Notes: generated from the letters alone by a model not told the origin. 64,000 nt of DNA from an uncultured Nitrospiraceae bacterium (GCA_963811165.1 CAWEQH010000010.1:576001-640000); one strand, 5' to 3'. Positions 20,067 to 29,012 are shown, counted from the first letter of the stretch. Numbers and translations: made by a program.

Positions 20067-20771
20067 ATGTTACATGATAACGGACTAATTCTGTTGATCG
20101 AAGATGAGCCGCAGATTCGGCGCTTTCTTCGCGTTACCTTGCCAGCCCACGGTTATCGGTTAATTGAGTCTGACACAGGAGAAGAGGGACTGCAGCGGGC
20201 GACAAACCGCAATCCCGATATCGTCCTTCTCGATCTTGGGTTATCAGATATGGACGGGATCGAGGTGACGAAAAGGTTTCGCGAGTGGAGTGAGGTGCCG
20301 ATCATAGTCATTTCGGCGCGGGAGCAGGAAGAGGACAAGATCAAAGCGCTTGATGCGGGTGCTGACGACTATCTCACCATACCATTTGGAGCCGGAGAAC
20401 TGCTCGCTCGAATACGAGTAGCCCTCCGCCACAGGGCCATACTCCAGTCAGGACAAAAAAAAGCTGAATTCACTCTGGGTGACCTCAGGGTGGATCTTGC
20501 AAACAAACAGGTATTTCTGAAGAATGGGGAGATTCATTTGACACCCACAGAATATCGGCTCTTGCTAGTTTTGATTAAAAACGCCGGCAAAGTTGTACCC
20601 CATATTCAGTTTCTGGAGGAAGTGTGGGGGCCATCTTGTGCTGGTCGGACTGAGTTCGTTCGTGTATACATGGCGGGACTTCGGCACAAGCTCGAGGAAG
20701 ACCCTGCGCACCCAAAGTTTTTGATAACCGAACCGGGTATTGGCTACAAGCTGAAGTTGGTGTTGATGTAG
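20067..20771 (+). CDS. kdpE: KdpE-type OmpR-family response regulator (conserved receiver Lys replaced by Ile)
   Basis: IEDEPQIRRFLR...PDIVLLDLGL.DMDG...FREWSEVPIIVISAREQEEDKIKALDAGADDYLTIPF...LRHKLEEDPAHP.FLITEPGIGY. Confidence 0.85.
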   Translation: MLHDNGLILLIEDEPQIRRFLRVTLPAHGYRLIESDTGEEGLQRATNRNPDIVLLDLGLSDMDGIEVTKRFREWSEVPIIVISAREQEEDKIKALDAGADDYLTIPFGAGELLARIRVALRHRAILQSGQKKAEFTLGDLRVDLANKQVFLKNGEIHLTPTEYRLLLVLIKNAGKVVPHIQFLEEVWGPSCAGRTEFVRVYMAGLRHKLEEDPAHPKFLITEPGIGYKLKLVLM

Positions 20772-21321
20772 CACATGTTTAGTTGATTATAGTAAACGAT
20801 GTTAATCTGAAGGACCAGAAGACGTGCATGGTTAAGTCGCAGGTCAGCGCTTGCTCGATGATGAGAACATGGAGGGAAACAAACATTCGGGGTTAACCCT
20901 TCATTCCGTAATCGTGACCCATCGGCCAACATGCAAAAACAAGACTTGTGGCTGTAAGTAAGATTTTGAAATCGTACCCGCTGGCGTTTCTTTCTGGATG
21001 TACATCGCAAATTTCATCTCAATGCAGGTATGCATGTTTGTATGAGCTATCGTGTGTCAGCTAAAAGCAAGCCGGTGAGAGTTAGCCGGGTGGAACAGAC
21101 AAAGGGACGGTGCATGGTACGAGGAAAAACGTGGACGCTGGCCTTGTTAACTGCTGCGGTCTGTTCCCTTGCCACCCCTGGCAATCTAACGCTGGAATAG
21201 GTGGCCGGATTCGCCGGAATCTCCAGCAATTACTGAGAGTCAGACCATCCAGGAGAAAAGTGTCTCTAAAAGAAATGTTTTTGAGACAAATAGCACATGG
21301 AGGTTAAGTCAAAAGGTGTTA

Positions 21322-21594
21322 TTACTGACGAAAAAGGTCTGAATGGCTTCCGGTCCTCTCAAAGTAAATTGTATCTCCTGCTACTCGATAGATCAAAACC
21401 CAATCAGGTTCTATGTGGCAATCCCGTGAGTCTTTAAACTCCCCTGTTAAAGGGTGGTCATTGTGCTTCGGGTCAAGTGACTCCTGCTTTTGGAGCTTCC
21501 GCATGATTTTGCGGAGTTTCTCAATTTCCTTATGCCGCTTTTGCATCCTTTTGTAGTCTCTCTCAAATTTGGTAGTAGTTTGGATTTTGAGCAC
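21322..21594 (-). CDS. yafQ: YafQ-family mRNA interferase toxin
   Basis: FERDYKR...DHPLTG.FKD.RDCHIEPDWVLIY...RTGSHSDLF. Confidence 0.9.
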   Translation of the reverse strand: MLKIQTTTKFERDYKRMQKRHKEIEKLRKIMRKLQKQESLDPKHNDHPLTGEFKDSRDCHIEPDWVLIYRVAGDTIYFERTGSHSDLFRQ

Positions 21595-21854
21595 TACTTC
21601 CCCATTTTATCGAAGAACTCATCAAGGTTATTGTGGGAATGCATTTCTTTCCCCTGGCGAGACTTCCGAAGCGTTTCCGCTGTCTCTTTATTCGGCAGCT
21701 CGACATTGAAGGGAAGCCCCCTTCTCAAAATAACCTGTCTGTAGAAAAGGGTGATCGCTTCTGTGCTGGACAATCCCAGCTTTTTTAAAATACCCTCCGC
21801 TCCTTCCTTTAAGACCGGCTCTACTCTTGCCCTTATAGTTTCTGTCTTCGCCAT
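21594..21854 (-). CDS. dinJ: RelB/DinJ-family antitoxin
   Basis: MAKTETIRARVEP.LK..AE.IL..LGLS..EAI.LF..QV....GLPF...PNKET. Confidence 0.85.
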   Translation of the reverse strand: MAKTETIRARVEPVLKEGAEGILKKLGLSSTEAITLFYRQVILRRGLPFNVELPNKETAETLRKSRQGKEMHSHNNLDEFFDKMGK

Positions 21855-22155
21855 GCCTATTATCTCCTTTCTTGTTCTATTGTACCCCATATGAGGAGCA
21901 AAATAAAAATTATTTTACGTGCACTTTCTGTACTCCTCATTAAGAGCCCTTGCCCTCGAAGGGAAAGCCGTTCGGTTAAAGGCGGGGCCTTCTTCTTTGA
22001 CAGCATCTCACACACCTCGGACATCTCACTAAGCGTGTTGAATGCCTATAGAAACTGTTTAAAAAGTACCACCCCAAGAAAGTAGAAAGCGAGAAGTCAC
22101 TGGAAAGGAATTTCCGGAGACTTTAAAAAAACGAATAGATCTCTGCCACTGAGTT

Positions 22156-22290
22156 TTAACTTGCCTCCGCGATCTGTATTTCTTCATCACTGAGCCTGTA
22201 GAGCTCATAGACAAGTGTATCAATCTTCCTCCTGATAATGACACACCTACTCTCATAATAAGTTCGATCTTTATCAGTTACGGATTCCCT
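22156..22290 (-). pseudogene. 3' remnant of a type IIG/IIC (Eco57I/TaqI-like) restriction-modification gene
   Basis: Minus frame reads DKDRTYYESRCVIIRRKIDTLVYELYRLSDEEIQIAEAS*, matching the ID.LVYELYGL..EEI.I.E tail of these enzymes. Confidence 0.6.
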
Positions 22291-23144
22291 CTTTTGACGA
22301 TTGCTCCCACAGGCGCAACCAGTCTTCTCCGGGGGAACATCTCCTCGGGGGTCTAGCCGATCCTTTACCTGACAGTGCAGCGTGAGATCAGGGAGACCGA
22401 CGACAAAAAGAGGAAGGTAATTATAGACGACTACGCCTACAGGGTATGGAAGAGCGCAAACGGCAAGGGGAAGGAACCTGAAGTGCTCATCTCCTCACAG
22501 ATACCCGCCAAAGGCCATATCGACATTATGGCTGCCTTCCAGGAATTCTTCGACGCGTCGATCTCGAAAACGATTGTCTTTGACCCCAACACGAGCTTCG
22601 AGGACTTCAGGGACACCTACCTCTACGCCTATGAAAAAGGACTCAAGGGGTGCACGGTTTACCGCGACTCCGGAAAACTCGGCGCCGTGGTAAAGGCCAA
22701 AGACGACGGCTACATCAAGCCGATGGAACTGCCCGGAGAGAGGGTAAAGCGCGCCATCCATGTGGAGATCCCCAACGAGGGCGCGTACGAGGTAGAGGTA
22801 AACGTCGTTGATAACAAGCCTCGCGAGGTCTGGCTGCACGCCCCTGTGGAGCAGAGCGCCGCCGCGCTGATCGAGGCCGTCGTCCGGCTGTCGAGCATCA
22901 TGCTGCGCTGCAACATCAACCCCAGGGACGTCATGAAGCAGCTGAGAAAAGCGAACATGAGTTACGGGAGTGTCAGTAATCCTCTGGCATACATCGAAAG
23001 AGCGCTTCTTAGGGTGATGGGGGCCGTCGGCGTTAAGGATGCTCAGGTGAGCGCGGCATCGAGGTGCCCTTATGCGGAGGAGTGGTCGTCATGGAGGAGA
23101 GTTGCCTGAAGTGTTCCTCCTGCGACTGGAATAAGTGCAGTTGA
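22291..23144 (+). pseudogene. nrdJ: 3' remnant of a class II (B12-dependent) ribonucleotide reductase
   Basis: LLTIAPTGATSLL.GNISSGV*P (stop at 22354 replacing E of the IEP motif), HI...AAFQ...D.SISKT, GLKGCTVYRD; terminal Zn ribbon CP.CGG...EESCLKCSSCDWNKCS* is out of frame by 1 nt near 23071. Confidence 0.8.
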
Positions 23145-23301
23145 CAGTGTGAAGACGAGAAGGTATTGGCCGAGGCGACCTGGTACTGCCAAGCTCGCCT
23201 CGGCGTTGCACCCAGAACGCGGCGGGACAACCCATCACAAAGAAGGTTTTGACAAGTGACGTATAAAGAAGTATTCTATATACGTACAAAGGAGGTGCGG
23301 A

Positions 23302-23550
23302 ATGCATACGAAACTTACACTTCGTCTGGACGAGAGACTGATCGAAAAAACCAAGAAAATCGCCAAGGCCCGTAATTTGAGCCTGTCGGAAATGGTTGCC
23401 GGCTTCTTTAAGTCTATTACAGGCAGCTATGGAGAAGAGGATATCTCATCACCCGTTTTGTCCGAGATATCAGGGATTTTGACTGGCAAGCATGGCGCCA
23501 AGACCCTGCGCGGCACATACAAACGGCATATTGAGGAGAAATACCTTTGA
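23302..23550 (+). CDS. DUF6364-family antitoxin
   Basis: MHTKLTLRLDERLIEK.K..AK....SLSEMV..FF...ISGIL...Y..HIEEKYL. Confidence 0.8.
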   Translation: MHTKLTLRLDERLIEKTKKIAKARNLSLSEMVAGFFKSITGSYGEEDISSPVLSEISGILTGKHGAKTLRGTYKRHIEEKYL

Positions 23551-23960
23551 AATCAGCTCTCTGCGACGTCAACTTTTTCCTCGACATCTTCCTGAAGCGT
23601 ACGCCCTTTTATTCCCCTGCCGCCAAGCTCTTCGCTAAAATGGAAAGAGGGGAAGTGAAAGGGTATATATGCTCGTTGACCTTTCCAATTCTGTTTTATC
23701 TGCTTTCGAAAGAGATTGGGCGTGTGCAGGCCGCAAAAACCCTTGAGAAGATCAGAATTGTTTTTAGAGTGGCTGCTGTTGATGAAAAGGTTATCGACTT
23801 GTCCCTTGCTTCCGATTTTCAGGACTTTGAAGACGCAGTGCAATACTATGCCGCCATGCAGGCGGGCGTGGTCTGCCTGATCTCGCGCGATAGGGGCGAC
23901 TTTACCGACAAAAGAATTCCCGTGTTGACCCCTGAGGAGTTCCTCGCTATTAAGAGCTGA
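23547..23960 (+). CDS. PIN-domain (VapC-like) toxin
   Basis: DVNFFLD...DFEDAVQY..A...ISRDRGDF...TPEEF. Confidence 0.85.
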   Translation: MKSALCDVNFFLDIFLKRTPFYSPAAKLFAKMERGEVKGYICSLTFPILFYLLSKEIGRVQAAKTLEKIRIVFRVAAVDEKVIDLSLASDFQDFEDAVQYYAAMQAGVVCLISRDRGDFTDKRIPVLTPEEFLAIKS

Positions 23961-24034
23961 AAGGGATCGGCGCTGTTTTAAGATGAGATTGTGAGAGAAG
24001 ATAGATTAAAATGGACGTATAACAGGAGGCGCAA

Positions 24035-24172
24035 ATGATCTCACAGAAAGCCGACTCCAGCCACCATAAGCCTGTGCCGACCATGACGGAATGGGCGATG
24101 ATAGTGTTCGTGATGTTTGCCGGAGTCGGGGCGATTTATTATCTGAGGAGACAAAAAAGAGCCCGAGGATAA
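24035..24172 (+). CDS. Orphan IPTL-CTERM sorting-signal peptide (45 aa)
   Basis: AGGAGG RBS; MISQKADSSHHKPVPTMTEWAMIVFVMFAGVGAIYYLRRQKRARG (VPTxxEW, TM helix, basic tail). Confidence 0.6.
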   Translation: MISQKADSSHHKPVPTMTEWAMIVFVMFAGVGAIYYLRRQKRARG

Positions 24173-25031
24173 ACAAACTTTATAAAATAATCTCTTCAGG
24201 GCTGGGAATAGGACTCGCCCTTTTTTCCCGCGGTGCGCCTAATTATTTCTTTTTTTCGTCGAAAGTCCATAATACATTTCCGGTGAAACCACAATAAACT
24301 TTCTGCTCTTTGTTATGGCTGCTTTATGATGGAAGAGCCACTATGTTCGCGTTGATTTCAGGAGGCAATTTCGTTGGCAGTGGAGCTTCTTCTTTCGTCT
24401 TGATTACGACATGAAGTCTGTTCATAGGAGTTGGAACGTTTGGACCTGATTTTGTGAATGTCTCAAAGTCCTGGTAGGAAGGAGTGTCGGTGCCTTCCGA
24501 CATTCTCAGCAGGTTGCGGGGTAAAGCCTTACAGACTTTTCCAAGGATTGTATAATTGCAGTCTAAGATATAAAAGCGTGTGCCAAGAAAATTGCCAGAG
24601 GATTTTGAAGGAAACGATCTCTCACATTTGTGCCATTCTTCTCAGTTCAACGAAAGAACGGGACAACTCCTATGTAAAATTTGAGAGGTGGTTCGAAGTT
24701 GATTAATCAATCAATTTTCAATTACGGCAGTCCAAGCATCTCCTTTCAGACCGTAGCCTTCGAAGATTGCCCGCCGCCTGTCTCGAGTTCCAAAAAAGGT
24801 GTGTCCGTCCGGGACCGAGCCCCGATCTCGCTCGATCAGGTTTAGAGCGCGTGACGGAATCGTCCCTTACTGGTTATCCTTTAGTAATTCAAGTAATAAG
24901 CTTGCCCCTCGCCCCACCCGATTTGGATACACTATTCCTCGCCGGTCCTGAGGTCCGCATTTTTCGGGTAGATATTCTGGACACCTGAACGCCAGGATCA
25001 CGGCAAAGGAGTGAGAAATCAGACCCGATTG

Positions 25032-25293
25032 TCACGTTTTCTTCACGTTAGTAAGGTTGTTAATACATAAGGGCCGTGATTCATAATAACCAATTACACG
25101 GAGGTGCCAGAGTGGTATTTCACGTTTTGTTCACGTTGGTGAGGTTGTTAATACATAAGTCCTTGATTTATAATAACCAATTGCACAGAGGTGCCAGAGC
25201 GGTATTTTCACGTTTTTTTCACGTTGGCGAGGTTGTCAATACGTAAGCCTTTAATTTATAATAACAATTCACGGAGAGGTGCCAGAGCGGTTG
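25032..25293 (+). repeat. Three tandem ~88-bp att/promoter units (starts 25032, 25120, 25208)
   Basis: Each unit is TCACGTTTTNTTCACGTT, GGTTGT(T/C)AATAC, (T/C)ATAATAAC, then GAGGTGCCAGAG(C/T)GGT (tRNA 5' stub). The third runs into the intact tRNA. Confidence 0.9.
25233..25262 (+). promoter_or_regulatory. Island-supplied sigma70 promoter for tRNA-Ser
   Basis: TTGTCA (25233-25238), 18 nt, TATAAT (25257-25262), then 10 nt to tRNA G1. Confidence 0.8.
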
Positions 25294-25362
25294 AATGGGA
25301 CGGTCTCGAAAATCGTTGTGGGGGCAACCCCACCCAGGGTTCGAATCCCTGCCTCTCCGCCA
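25273..25362 (+). tRNA. tRNA-Ser(CGA)
   Basis: GGAGAGG/CCTCTCC acceptor stem, anticodon arm ACGGT-CT-CGA-AA-ATCGT, long variable arm, GGTTCGAATCC, encoded CCA. Confidence 0.97.
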
Positions 25363-25470
25363 GTCCTCAGCCGGCTCCCCGCAAATATGACAACCCGTAA
25401 TCAAAGACTCCTTTTTTGAGGCGTGCTTCATATTTCAGCGGCCGACAGCAAGAAGAATGCTGTGAGATTA

Positions 25471-25499
25471 TTGACAACGCGACAGTGTTGCATTAAGAT
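25471..25499 (+). promoter_or_regulatory. Promoter of zur-znu with an overlapping Zur-like box
   Basis: TTGACA-17 nt-TAAGAT; the 17-nt spacer ACGCGAC-AGT-GTTGCAT is near the palindrome ATGCAAC-N3-GTTGCAT. Confidence 0.7.
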
Positions 25500-25505
25500 A
25501 CTGTA

Positions 25506-25940
25506 ATGCATGATAAGGAAAAAATCCTGCAGACATTAAAGGGCGGTGGACACCGCATTACCAAAGCCCGCTCTGCAATAATCGATTTATTGCTGCACGC
25601 CAAACAGCCCTTATCCTCCCCGGGCATCTGCACCGCGCTTAACGGTGAGGGTCTTACCTGTAACCGTGCGACGGTGTATCGCGAATTGATCTTTCTTGCT
25701 TCACATAATGTAGTTCGCCGGGTACTCTTTGCCGGGAAGGCCACCCATTACGAAATCAATTCCGGTCACCACCACCACCTTGTCTGCATAAAGTGCAACT
25801 CCGTGAAAGATGTGCTCCTGGGGAAACATTTGGAAAATCACGAGAGGCGTATTTATGAAAAGGAAAGATTCAAGGTATTTTCTCATTCCCTCGAATTTTA
25901 CGGGGTCTGTAATGCGTGCAGCGGGAAGCAGGGAATATGA
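25506..25940 (+). CDS. zur: Fur-family regulator, zinc uptake regulator
   Basis: G.RIT..R...ATVYR.L...HHHHLVCIKC...LEFYGVCNAC; heads the Zn ABC operon. Confidence 0.8.
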   Translation: MHDKEKILQTLKGGGHRITKARSAIIDLLLHAKQPLSSPGICTALNGEGLTCNRATVYRELIFLASHNVVRRVLFAGKATHYEINSGHHHHLVCIKCNSVKDVLLGKHLENHERRIYEKERFKVFSHSLEFYGVCNACSGKQGI

Positions 25941-26698
25941 ACAGTGCAGCTCCTATCGTATCCGTAAGAAATCTGTACTTCAGCTATGGGCCGGTCGAGG
26001 TGCTCTCCGATGTAGGGTTTGACATTGAAAAGGGTGACTATATCGGTCTGGCCGGACCCAATGGGGCGGGCAAAACAACGCTGGTCAAAACGGTTCTCGG
26101 ACTATCGGAAAAATTCAGGGGGAATATAAAACTGTTCGGTCGGGACCTGAAATCTTTTCACGCCTGGGGACGCATCGGATATCTTTCTCAGAGAGTGACC
26201 GCTTTCAATCCGCTTTTTCCCGCGGCCGTAAAAGAAGTGGTCGGGTTGGGATTGCTGTCTCAAAAGGAATTTCCAAGAAGATTTACCCAAACAGACGGCG
26301 CTAAAATCAGACAGTCGCTTGCGTTAATGGGAATCTCCGATCTCGAAGATAAGCCGGTCAGCGATCTTTCCGGTGGTCAGCAACAGAGGGTTTTCCTCGC
26401 CAGGGCACTGGTTTCCAATCCCGAACTTCTCATCCTTGATGAACCCGGCACCGCCCTGGACCCGCAATCACGAGAAGATTTTTTCGAGTTTATAAAAAAA
26501 CTCAACCGCGACAAGGGGATCACGATTATACTGATCACCCATGACACCGCCCAAATCGGCCAGTATGCAAATAAGCTCCTCTACATGGATAAGAAGGTCG
26601 TCTTCTATGGAAGTTTTTCAGACTTCTGCCGGTCGACCGAAATGCACCAATACTTCGGCCATTTTTCCCAACACTTAATTTGCCATCAGCACCAGTGA
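25937..26698 (+). CDS. znuC: Zn/Mn ABC transporter ATP-binding protein
   Basis: GPNGAGKTT, LSGGQQQRV.LARAL, LDEP, His-rich tail. Confidence 0.85.
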   Translation: MNSAAPIVSVRNLYFSYGPVEVLSDVGFDIEKGDYIGLAGPNGAGKTTLVKTVLGLSEKFRGNIKLFGRDLKSFHAWGRIGYLSQRVTAFNPLFPAAVKEVVGLGLLSQKEFPRRFTQTDGAKIRQSLALMGISDLEDKPVSDLSGGQQQRVFLARALVSNPELLILDEPGTALDPQSREDFFEFIKKLNRDKGITIILITHDTAQIGQYANKLLYMDKKVVFYGSFSDFCRSTEMHQYFGHFSQHLICHQHQ

Positions 26699-26699
26699 T

Positions 26700-27509
26700 A
26701 TGAGCCTACTTCATTATCTTAGCTATACATTTATCCAGAGGGCTTATCTGGCCGGCTCGTTCATAGCGGTGCTATGTGCGATGCTCGGACTGTTTCTGGT
26801 CCTGAGAAAATTATCTTTGATCGGCGACGGCCTTTCCCATGTGAGTTTCGGCGCTATTGCACTTGGCCTATTTTTAGGTCTTTATCCTTTCTATGTTGCC
26901 GTTCCCTTGGTTCTGATCGCATCGTATTTCATCCTAAAGCTGACTGAAAAGGCGAAGATGTACGGCGACGCTGCCATAGGCGTCGTCTCGTCTCTGAGTA
27001 TTGCAGGCGGTGTCATCCTGGCCAGCCTGTCAAAGGGTTTTAATGCTGATCTGTTCAGTTATTTGTTCGGCAATATTCTTTCTATCAGCAAACAGGAAGT
27101 GTACTTATCGCTGGGGATGTCTCTGGCAGTGTTAGTGGTCATTGTCTTGCTCTATAACGATTTATTTTCGGCCACCTTTGATGAGGAATACGCCAGGATT
27201 ACCGGCATTCAAACCGAACGCCTGCATCTCATACTGACCTCTCTGACCGCTGTTACGGTAGTGCTTGCGGTGAAAGTGGTAGGCATTATGCTGGTGTCGG
27301 CCCTTCTCATATTGCCGGCTGTTACCGCCTTACAGATTGCCAAGGGATTTAAGGCCGCGATGTTGATCGCAATTTCGGTTTCGGTTATTTCCGTCCTGAT
27401 AGGGATTACCACGTCATTTTTTTTGGATCTGCCGGCCGGTGCAACCATAGTCATGATCAATGTGATGCTATTTATCGTCACTTTGGCAATTAAGAAATTT
27501 TTTTTATGA
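26700..27509 (+). CDS. znuB: Zn/Mn ABC transporter permease
   Basis: SLIGDGLSHVSFG...YLFGNIL...VVGIMLVSALLILPA. Confidence 0.85.
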   Translation: MSLLHYLSYTFIQRAYLAGSFIAVLCAMLGLFLVLRKLSLIGDGLSHVSFGAIALGLFLGLYPFYVAVPLVLIASYFILKLTEKAKMYGDAAIGVVSSLSIAGGVILASLSKGFNADLFSYLFGNILSISKQEVYLSLGMSLAVLVVIVLLYNDLFSATFDEEYARITGIQTERLHLILTSLTAVTVVLAVKVVGIMLVSALLILPAVTALQIAKGFKAAMLIAISVSVISVLIGITTSFFLDLPAGATIVMINVMLFIVTLAIKKFFL

Positions 27510-28522
27510 GTTCTGCCACGTCAATAATGCAGACGAAATTAACTAAAAGTAATAAATTGTGCAACAAAAAAGTTATGAAAACTAAACCGGCTGTGAGGGT
27601 TTTAATCGTTGTTGTATGTGTAATCGGCGTCTTGGTCGCATCCAGTTCCTGCAGGCCTGTCGGCAAATCAACCGGTGACGGATATTATAAAGTAAGGGTT
27701 ATCACGACGCTTTTTCCCCTGTACGATATGGCCAAAAATATCGGAGCAGAGAAAGCGGAAGTGTCTTTGCTCCTGCCTCCTGGTGTGGAGCCCCATTCGT
27801 TCGAACCAACGCCCGGAGATATTGTAAAAATCAACGAAGCCGATGTTTTCGTCTATACCGGAAAATTCATGGAGCCGTGGGCGGAAGGGATCATAAAGGG
27901 GGTTGTAAGCAAGGATCTTATCGTGGTGGATGCCAGCCGCGGTACGAAAATGATTCCCGGGGTGTTTCATGACGAAGACGAGGCGGCAGGATCGCCGGAC
28001 CCGCACATATGGCTGGACTTTGACAACGCCAAAATCATGCTCGGAAACATCTTAAAGGCCTTTCAGACAAAAGACAGCGCCGACAAGGGCTTTTATGAAC
28101 GGACGGCCAACGCCTACCTGGGCACATTGACTGAACTGGATTCTGCATATAAGTCCGCCCTGGCCTCATGCAAAAAGAAAGAAATCATCTACGCCGGGCA
28201 CTATGCCTTCGGTTATCTGGCGAATCGTTACGGCATCAAATATCTCGCCGCTCAAGGCGTATCACCTGACGCCGAGCCCACAGCCAAAGACTTAGGCATG
28301 CTGGTAGAACAAATCAAGAAAGACAAGGTCAAATATATTTATTATGAGGAATTGACCAGCCCCAAGATTGCGGAAACCATTGCAGGTGAAACTCACGCCA
28401 AACTGCTGCTGCTTAACGCGGCCCATAATTTGACCAGGGACCAGTTTGAAAGGGGCATCTCTTTCTTCGAGATACTCAGGAACGACCTCGACAACCTGAA
28501 GATCGGACTTGAATGCCGCTAG
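27506..28522 (+). CDS. znuA: Zn/Mn ABC transporter substrate-binding lipoprotein
   Basis: EPHSFEP, DPHIWLD, HYAFGYLA.RYG, EPTAKD. True start may be ATG at 27575. Confidence 0.85.
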   Translation: MSSATSIMQTKLTKSNKLCNKKVMKTKPAVRVLIVVVCVIGVLVASSSCRPVGKSTGDGYYKVRVITTLFPLYDMAKNIGAEKAEVSLLLPPGVEPHSFEPTPGDIVKINEADVFVYTGKFMEPWAEGIIKGVVSKDLIVVDASRGTKMIPGVFHDEDEAAGSPDPHIWLDFDNAKIMLGNILKAFQTKDSADKGFYERTANAYLGTLTELDSAYKSALASCKKKEIIYAGHYAFGYLANRYGIKYLAAQGVSPDAEPTAKDLGMLVEQIKKDKVKYIYYEELTSPKIAETIAGETHAKLLLLNAAHNLTRDQFERGISFFEILRNDLDNLKIGLECR

Positions 28523-28550
28523 GCGCCTGGAGAGTCTTACCAACGCTGAA

Positions 28551-29012
28551 TCATCTGCGGTCCTGAAAAAACCTCTTGAGCAGCGAGGCGCATTCGTCCT
28601 CGAACAGACCCGACATAACCTCAACCTGATGGTTCAATCTGGCGTCGCCCAAAATCCCATAGAGACTATCGACCCCTCCGGCCTTCGGGTCCCTGCACCC
28701 ATATACCAGTCTCGTTATCCTTGCATTCACGATCGCTCCGGCACACATGATGCAAGGCTCCTTCGTGACGTACAGCGTTGTGCCCGATAGTCTCCAGCTG
28801 TCGGAATCCTTCGTGCCCGACCTAAGGGCAAGGATTTCCGCATGCGCCGAGGGGTCCTTCATACATTCCCTGAGGTTATGCGCGCGGTGAATCACTTTCC
28901 CCTCTTTAACGAGTACCGCACCTACAGGGACCTCGCCTTTTTCGAAGGCCACCTGCGCCTCCCTAAGGGCCATCCTCATAAAATTCAGATCTTCATCGAG
29001 TCCACTTCTCAT
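28551..29012 (-). CDS. tadA: tRNA adenosine(34) deaminase
   Basis: GEVPVGAV...HAEILAL...WRL...LYVTKEPCIMCAGA. Confidence 0.92.
   Translation of the reverse strand: MRSGLDEDLNFMRMALREAQVAFEKGEVPVGAVLVKEGKVIHRAHNLRECMKDPSAHAEILALRSGTKDSDSWRLSGTTLYVTKEPCIMCAGAIVNARITRLVYGCRDPKAGGVDSLYGILGDARLNHQVEVMSGLFEDECASLLKRFFQDRR

Larger units (their letters stand above)
8135..25293. mobile_element. Genomic island (~17.1 kb) integrated in the 5' end of tRNA-Ser(CGA); no integrase gene
   Basis: 22-bp direct repeat at both ends; 27-bp motif shared by both arms (26/27 identical); accessory cargo, TA pairs and pseudogenes inside, housekeeping genes outside. Confidence 0.85.

Noticed and set aside
21114..21200. 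Short ORF MVRGKTWTLALLTAAVCSLATPGNLTLE
   Set aside because: Looks like a lone signal-peptide remnant; too little evidence to call a gene.
24325..24503. 59-aa minus-strand ORF MSEGTDTPSY...
   Set aside because: No clear RBS or recognisable motif.
25032..25293. Tandem repeats as a CRISPR array
   Set aside because: The whole 88-bp unit is repeated with no unique spacers, there are no cas genes, and the units are explained by promoter and tRNA sequence.
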